29,825 nt of DNA from Candidatus Undinarchaeota archaeon (GTDB taxonomy: Archaea > SpSt-1190): positions 1-29,825 of the forward strand of contig CAZJUS010000009.1 in the NCBI GenBank assembly GCA_964549355.1, in the 5' to 3' direction. Each line of letters opens with the position of its first letter. Positions within the stretch are counted from its first letter, which is position 1. The position numbers and the translations under genes were made by a program. Below are positions 24,247 to 29,825 of this stretch, piece after piece. The notes beneath the pieces are model-generated. The model did not search any database. It saw only the letters and a list, made by a program, of their open reading frames with translations, and was not told the origin of the DNA.

Positions 24247-26559
24247 ATGAGTCTTAAGCTTATTTACTGGTTTACTGAAATAGACAAGTCTTCAATTGCC
24301 GACGCCGGAGGCAAGGGGGCGAACCTGGGCGAGATGGCCCGCGCCAAATTCCCCGTCCCCCCCGGCTTCATAGTCGGGAGCAAGGTCTACAAAAAGTTCC
24401 TCAAGTCGACGCCGCTGTATGATGCCATCTCGCGGAAGCTTGCCAAGCTTGATGTGAATGACACCGAGAAGCTCCAGCAGGCGTCCGACGAGATCCAGCG
24501 CATGATACTTGCGGAGGACGTCCCGAAGGATGTGGCTGATGCGGTCCTCAAAGCGTATGAAGAGCTCAAGAAGAAATCCCGCGGGAGCACTTTGGTTGCA
24601 GTGCGGAGCTCGGCGACAGCCGAGGACCTGCCCAACGCCAGCTTCGCCGGCCAGCAGTCCACCTACCTCAATGTGGACAAGAAGAGCCTGGTCGAGGCGG
24701 TCAAGAAATGCTGGGCCAGCCTTTTTACAGCGCGGGCCATTTTCTACAGGGCCAATCAAAATTTCGACCATATGAAAGTCGGCATTGCAGTCGTAGTCCA
24801 AAAGATGGTCCAAAGCGAATCGAGCGGAGTCATGTTCACTGAGCATCCGACAGGCGAGCGGGACGTCATCATTATTGAAGCTGTTTACGGGCTGGGCGAG
24901 GGCATAGTCAGCGGCATGTACACCCCGGACCATTATGAGGTCGAGCCTTCGGACTTCTCCATCAAAAACAAGGAGGTTGCGGTCCAGAGCCGCATGCTGG
25001 CCTTCAACAAGGAGACGGACCAGAATGAAGAGGTGGCAGTCCCATCCGAGAAGCAGGGCCGGCAGAAGATACCGGATAAAATTATAATTGAATTGGCAAA
25101 GGTGGGCAAGAAGCTCCAGAAGCATTACGGCAACCCGCAGGATGTGGAGTGGGCCTACGAAGACGGGGAGGTTTATCTGGTGCAGACCAGGGCGGTGACC
25201 ACCATCCCCAAGGAGAGGAACCGGAATGAGCAGGAGGCGGATGTCTCCAGGCTGAAGCCCATCCTCAAGGGCTTGGCTGCATCCCCCGGCGTGGCTTCGG
25301 GCAAAGTCAAGATTGTCCCGGATGTGAAGGACATGGACAAGGTCAAGGACGGCGACGTCCTGGTGACAGGCATGACCAACCCGGACATGGTGCCCGCCAT
25401 GAAGCGCGCCTCCGCGATAGTCACCGACAAGGGAGGCATGACCAGCCACGCTGCCATAGTCAGCAGGGAGCTGGGGGTGCCTTGCATAGTCGGCTCCAAG
25501 AACGCCACCAAGGTGCTCAAGAACGGCCAGATTGTCACGGTGGACGGCAAGAGGGGCAATGTCTATGACGGCGATGTGAAGTCCGTTTTCTTCAAGCCGA
25601 AGCCCGCGGGAGGGGCCGTTGCCGGGGCCGGCAGCGGACATATTGTAACCGGCACAGGCATAATGGTCAATCTTTCAACCCCCGGCGAGGCCGAGAAGGT
25701 CGCCGGCCGGGATGTGGACGGGGTCGGCCTGCTGAGGGCCGAGTTTGTAGTCGGGGAAATCGGCATCCACCCCAAGGAAGCCATAGCGACCGGCAAGGAG
25801 CAGGCATTTATTGACAGGCTGGCAGGGGACATGGCCAGGATAGCAGGGGCTTTCTGGCCGAGGCCGGTCATCTACCGAAGCTTCGACTTCAAGACCAACG
25901 AGTACCGGTCGCTCAAGGGGGGCGACAAGTATGAGCATGAGGAGAACAACCCCATGATAGGCTACCGCGGTGCATCCCGGGCCGTCATGGACCCGGAGGT
26001 CTTCGAGCTGGAGCTCAAGGCCATCAAGAAGGTCCGCGATGAGCTGGGCTTCAAGAATTTCTGGCTTATGATGCCCTTCATCCGCACCATCGAGGAGGTC
26101 CGCAGCATAAAGAAGGTGCTTGACAAGTGGGGCTTCCTGCAGGACAAGGACTTCAAGTTCTTTGTGATGGCGGAGGTGCCGAGCATCGCACTCCGGATTG
26201 ACGAGTTTGCCAAGGAAGTCGATGGATTTTCAATCGGGAGCAACGACCTCACCCAGCTGGTGCTCGGCGTTGACCGCGACAATGAGAAGCTGGCGGCCAC
26301 TTTTGACGAAAGGGACCCTGCAGTCCTGACTGCCCTTGAGCAGATAATCCGCGGGGCGCGGAGGCACGGCAAGTATGTGGGCATCTGCGGGCAGGCGCCC
26401 AGCGTCTATCCGGAGATAGTGGAGCATCTTGTGAGATGGGGCATAACCAGTGTGTCAGTCAACCCGGATGTGATTGACCGGACGAGGAGGATAGTCGCCC
26501 AGGCGGAGAGGAAGGTCCTGCTGGAGGCCGCTGCCAAAATTCATGGTCAATCAAAATAA
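24247..26559 (+). CDS. ppsA: Phosphoenolpyruvate synthase
   Basis: GGKGANLGE, AVRSSATAEDL..ASFAGQ, GGMTSHAAIVSRELG (phospho-His), SIGSNDLTQ, ICGQAPS. Confidence 0.98.
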   Translation: MSLKLIYWFTEIDKSSIADAGGKGANLGEMARAKFPVPPGFIVGSKVYKKFLKSTPLYDAISRKLAKLDVNDTEKLQQASDEIQRMILAEDVPKDVADAVLKAYEELKKKSRGSTLVAVRSSATAEDLPNASFAGQQSTYLNVDKKSLVEAVKKCWASLFTARAIFYRANQNFDHMKVGIAVVVQKMVQSESSGVMFTEHPTGERDVIIIEAVYGLGEGIVSGMYTPDHYEVEPSDFSIKNKEVAVQSRMLAFNKETDQNEEVAVPSEKQGRQKIPDKIIIELAKVGKKLQKHYGNPQDVEWAYEDGEVYLVQTRAVTTIPKERNRNEQEADVSRLKPILKGLAASPGVASGKVKIVPDVKDMDKVKDGDVLVTGMTNPDMVPAMKRASAIVTDKGGMTSHAAIVSRELGVPCIVGSKNATKVLKNGQIVTVDGKRGNVYDGDVKSVFFKPKPAGGAVAGAGSGHIVTGTGIMVNLSTPGEAEKVAGRDVDGVGLLRAEFVVGEIGIHPKEAIATGKEQAFIDRLAGDMARIAGAFWPRPVIYRSFDFKTNEYRSLKGGDKYEHEENNPMIGYRGASRAVMDPEVFELELKAIKKVRDELGFKNFWLMMPFIRTIEEVRSIKKVLDKWGFLQDKDFKFFVMAEVPSIALRIDEFAKEVDGFSIGSNDLTQLVLGVDRDNEKLAATFDERDPAVLTALEQIIRGARRHGKYVGICGQAPSVYPEIVEHLVRWGITSVSVNPDVIDRTRRIVAQAERKVLLEAAAKIHGQSK

Positions 26560-27755
26560 ATACTGCTTCTTCCGGCCAAATTGACCAGGACCGGCAGGAC
26601 ATCCCTGCCTTTCATTATCCCCAGCGAGCCTCCGGCGCATGCCCTTTCTCCGAATTGCTTCACAGCGTCGCCGGGCACCCCCCTGCCGTAGAACAGGACG
26701 GGCACCGCATCGCCGGAATGATTGAAAAGCCGGCAGGGCGTGGCGTGGTCGCCGGTCACTGCGACTGTGAAGCCGCTGTCCAGCAGGATTTTGAGCATCT
26801 TGTCGTATCTTTCAATGCATTTGATTTTCCTGCGGTAGTCGCCGTCATGCGATGCGTTGTCCGTTTCCTTGAAATGCACGAATGCAAAGTCAAAATTCTC
26901 CGACGTCAGCTTGCGGACGGCAGCCGGAAGCCTCAGAGCTTCATCAGGTTCGTTTTTGGCTTCCATGCCCGTATAGCGGGCCACCCCGAGATAGACTGCA
27001 CCGCCTGCAATCCCAAAGGCGTTCAGGCCGTTCCGCTCCTTGAAATTTTGGGAGACGGGCGTGAACCTGCCCCCTCCCCGGAGAAGGACGGCGTTTGCCG
27101 GAACGAAGCCCCGGGCCTCTCTCTCCCGGTTCAGCCGGTGCTTCCTGAGGAACTTGTATGAAGTTTCATGGATCCATTTGGCCAGCTTATGGCCGAGCCG
27201 GACCTTCAGGCCTTCCATGTGCGGGTCGGTGTCTGGTATGGGGGCCCTGCTCTTGTAGCCTTTCACCACCAGCACCCCGCGGTGGCCCAGAGTATGGACC
27301 AGCCGGAACTTCAGCTTCTTCTTGTTTTTGTTCAGATGCTTCTCGAGGGCTCCCGCCATCTCTTCAATGCCGAACACCTCGCGGTGCGCCCTCCGGTCCA
27401 TTACAGTCAGGCCGTCCTTCGCAACGTATGCAAAGTTCAGCCTGAAGGCGGTGTCGCTCGGTTTGAGCTCGAGGCCCGCCCCCAGGGCTTCAACAACTCC
27501 GCGCTGGGGCCTTTCATTGACTCCGTAGTTGAACAGCTGCATGTGGGCGAGCGCCGAGCCCGGCGTTATGCCCGGGGATACGGGGTAGTGGAGGCCGCAA
27601 CAGCCCTCCTTGGCCATCCTGTCCATGACAGGCGTCCGGGCGGCTTCCAGCGGGGTTTTCCCTCCCAGCTCTTTTATCGGCCTGTCGCCGAGGCCGTCCA
27701 GCACCACCAAAACCAGCCCCTGCCCTTTTTTGGTGTGTATCGTCCTTTCAGTCAT
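26547..27755 (-). CDS. apgM: 2,3-bisphosphoglycerate-independent phosphoglycerate mutase, archaeal type
   Basis: LDGLGDRP..ELGGKTPLEAA, PGS..AH, DRRA, HFKxTDxxSHDG, TGDHxTP, HSGD. Confidence 0.95.
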   Translation of the reverse strand: MTERTIHTKKGQGLVLVVLDGLGDRPIKELGGKTPLEAARTPVMDRMAKEGCCGLHYPVSPGITPGSALAHMQLFNYGVNERPQRGVVEALGAGLELKPSDTAFRLNFAYVAKDGLTVMDRRAHREVFGIEEMAGALEKHLNKNKKKLKFRLVHTLGHRGVLVVKGYKSRAPIPDTDPHMEGLKVRLGHKLAKWIHETSYKFLRKHRLNREREARGFVPANAVLLRGGGRFTPVSQNFKERNGLNAFGIAGGAVYLGVARYTGMEAKNEPDEALRLPAAVRKLTSENFDFAFVHFKETDNASHDGDYRRKIKCIERYDKMLKILLDSGFTVAVTGDHATPCRLFNHSGDAVPVLFYGRGVPGDAVKQFGERACAGGSLGIMKGRDVLPVLVNLAGRSSIYFD

Positions 27756-28921
27756 CCAATCACCTTCTCCAGCCTCAGCAGTTTGTTGTACTTGGCCACC
27801 CTCTCCCCCCGGGCGGGCGCCCCCGCCTTTATCAGAGGGGCTCCGGAGCCGGCTGCCAGATGGGCTATGAAGTCGCTGTTGGTCTCGCCCGACCTGTGGG
27901 ACACTATGTAGTCCCAGCCGGCCTTCCTGGCCATCCTTATTACTTCAAGAGTTTCAGTAATGGTTCCGATTTGGTTGGGCTTTACCAGCACCGCATCGCA
28001 GGCCTTTTTTTCCATGGCTTTCTTCACCCTGTCAGGATTGGTCGCCAGCAGGTCGTCGCCGACCACAGTGCAGCCGACCTCCTTGGTGAATGCAGTCCAC
28101 CCGGCAAAATCATCCTCCTGGATTGGATCTTCAACCGAGAACAAGGAGTGTTTGGTGCAGATGTCTTTGAGGTGGCTGATGTAGGATTTGGTGCCGAGCT
28201 TCTTTCCGTCGATTCCATACTTGCCGCTGTCAAAATATGAGGATGCAGCACAGTCCAGCGAGATGCCGACTTCCTTTGAAAAGCCCAGCCCGTCAATAAC
28301 GTCCTGTATGGCCCCGACAGCTTCCGCCGTGGATTTCATCGGGGGTGCAAACCCGCCTTCGTCGCCGACATTCACAGCGGACCTGCCGTACTTGGCCTTC
28401 AGGATTTCCCTGAGCTTTTGGTAGATCCCAACTGCAGCATCCATCTTCTCCTCAAAGCTCCCGAACCTGTGCGGGACTATCATGAACTCCTGCACCGCCA
28501 GGCTGTTGCCAGCATGGAGCCCGCCGTTGATGATGTTGAGCATCGGAGTCGGCATTGAGGGCTTGGCCCCGACCAGCCTGGCGACCGCCTCATAGGGGAT
28601 GCCCTGGGCTTTCAGGCCTGCGATTGATGTGGCCAGCACCAGGTCTGCCCCGAACTTTTTCTTCCGCGGGCCTGCAATTTTGCAGAGATGCTTGTCAAGG
28701 GTTTCCTGATCGGCATAGGCTCCGGCCACCAGCTGTTTGAATTTGGGCAGGAGCTCCAGTGATTTGCCGGTTCCATACTGGACGGCTTCATTCCTGCCCT
28801 TGCTCTTGCCTGCAGGGACGCTGACGCGGTGCCATTTTTCATCAATTTTGATGTCGGCCTCGAGGGCCCAGTCCCCGCGCGAGTTGATAATCCTCCGGGC
28901 CCGGATGTCCTGGATTTCCAC
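27752..28921 (-). CDS. eno: Enolase
   Basis: NSRG, NIINGGxHAG, QEFM, GDEGG, VGDDL, KPNQIG, SHRSGET, RGERVAKYN. Confidence 0.98.
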   Translation of the reverse strand: MEIQDIRARRIINSRGDWALEADIKIDEKWHRVSVPAGKSKGRNEAVQYGTGKSLELLPKFKQLVAGAYADQETLDKHLCKIAGPRKKKFGADLVLATSIAGLKAQGIPYEAVARLVGAKPSMPTPMLNIINGGLHAGNSLAVQEFMIVPHRFGSFEEKMDAAVGIYQKLREILKAKYGRSAVNVGDEGGFAPPMKSTAEAVGAIQDVIDGLGFSKEVGISLDCAASSYFDSGKYGIDGKKLGTKSYISHLKDICTKHSLFSVEDPIQEDDFAGWTAFTKEVGCTVVGDDLLATNPDRVKKAMEKKACDAVLVKPNQIGTITETLEVIRMARKAGWDYIVSHRSGETNSDFIAHLAAGSGAPLIKAGAPARGERVAKYNKLLRLEKVIG

Positions 28922-29004
28922 ATACGGATTAGCTCCAGCGGCCTAATATGCTTTATTGGGCATTTCCGGCATCCCGCTCCTGCCGTTCTTAAACTGCCGG
29001 CCCT

Positions 29005-29469
29005 ATGAAGCTTGTGGAAATTGAAGGGGCCGGATGCGACATCTATGCGGGCAGGAAGGCGGGGAGCGTCCTTGAGGGGCTGCTCCGGGGTGCGGAGGCT
29101 TCAATCCGGGTGTACTCGCCTTTCCTCAGCCCCATGGTCGCCGGCATCCTGAAGGAGAAGGCCGGGAGGATCCCGGTCGAGGTCTTCACCACCAAGGCGA
29201 AAGGCAACCGCCCGCACGCGAAGGCCCTGCGCAGACTGAAGGGGCCGGGGGGCATCCTGAAGTGGCTTTTCGGCCGGAGCAATGTGGAAGTCCGGCTCCT
29301 GCCGGACAGCTTCCACGCCAAGGTTTTCTTTATTGATGATGTGGCGGTCTTCGGCTCGGCCAACCTGACCTACTCGGGCATGCGGAGGAATTTCGAGGTC
29401 GTCATCGTCTGCAGGGACCCGGATGCCGTGATGGAGATGGACCGGCACTTTGCGGAGAGCTTCGGGTAG
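29005..29469 (+). CDS. Single-domain phospholipase D/Nuc-family protein
   Basis: SPF, HAKVFFID (HxKxxxxD), GSANLT, NxE. Confidence 0.9.
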   Translation: MKLVEIEGAGCDIYAGRKAGSVLEGLLRGAEASIRVYSPFLSPMVAGILKEKAGRIPVEVFTTKAKGNRPHAKALRRLKGPGGILKWLFGRSNVEVRLLPDSFHAKVFFIDDVAVFGSANLTYSGMRRNFEVVIVCRDPDAVMEMDRHFAESFG

Positions 29470-29500
29470 CTTTTTTTAAATCCCAGCACCCTATTGGAGC

Positions 29501-29746
29501 ATGGCTGAAAATAACAAGCTCGAAATGATAGGCTTCCATAAGGGTGCAATCACCACGCTTGCCAATGAACGCAGGGAGCTCCTGAATATGGTGGGGACTG
29601 TCGACAAACTCATAGCCGCGCATATAAAGGCGCTCCAGGACATGGGGGTCAAGATTGTGGGCGAAGCCCCGAAAGCTCCGGCAGGAGCGGCAAAAAAAGA
29701 AGACGGCAAAGTCTCCGCGGAGGAGATGGAAGACCTGCTCAAGTGA
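29501..29746 (+). CDS. Hypothetical coiled-coil protein (81 aa)
   Basis: Amphipathic helix IGFHKGAITTL..ER.EL; TATA-like tttaaat ~25 nt upstream; ends 5 nt before tRNA-Pro. Confidence 0.8.
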   Translation: MAENNKLEMIGFHKGAITTLANERRELLNMVGTVDKLIAAHIKALQDMGVKIVGEAPKAPAGAAKKEDGKVSAEEMEDLLK

Positions 29747-29751
29747 AGCCC

Positions 29752-29825
29752 GGGACCGTGGTCTAGTTTGGTATGACGCCTGCTTGGGGTGCAGGTAATC
29801 CCGTGTTCGAATCACGGCGGTCCCA
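29752..29825 (+). tRNA. tRNA-Pro(GGG)
   Basis: GGGACCG/CGGTCCC-A acceptor stem, anticodon arm CCTGC-TTGGGGT-GCAGG, T-loop TTCGAAT; ends at the window edge. Confidence 0.96.

Noticed and set aside
24292..25641. 449-aa antisense ORF, and similar long ones at 3791-5002, 4582-5724, 6458-7432 and 18040-19074
   Set aside because: Shadow frames opposite well-supported genes; expected in high-GC3 DNA and lacking recognisable motifs.

Overview
Gene-dense, GC-rich archaeal chromosome segment. Compact, trimmed proteins and several orphan ORFs suggest a DPANN-type lineage, which is inference only. The window is bounded by tRNA-Thr(GGT) and tRNA-Pro(GGG). It is mostly housekeeping: translation (aEF-1beta, eL18/uL13/uS9, NMD3-like, YchF, GatD, Trm1, ThpR), RpoN, ether-lipid synthesis (CarS, CDP-alcohol phosphatidyltransferase, geranylgeranyl reductase), PINA ATPase, FtsZ, RNase HI, TrmB and Lrp regulators, lower glycolysis/gluconeogenesis (PpsA, ApgM, Eno) and two tandem type IV pilins. 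I see no CRISPR array, transposase, integrase or provirus. The least explained signals are: (1) a dense hairpin array containing a duplicated tRNA 3' end downstream of tRNA-Thr; (2) a ~210-nt repeat-and-hairpin leader upstream of ftsZ; (3) a TtuA/Ncs6-like protein that has lost its catalytic motifs; (4) a small protein with a histone-H1-like TPKK-repeat tail; (5) a HAD phosphatase between two lipid-synthesis genes; (6) an AT-rich tandem pilin cassette. All family calls come from motif recognition by eye; no database search was run.
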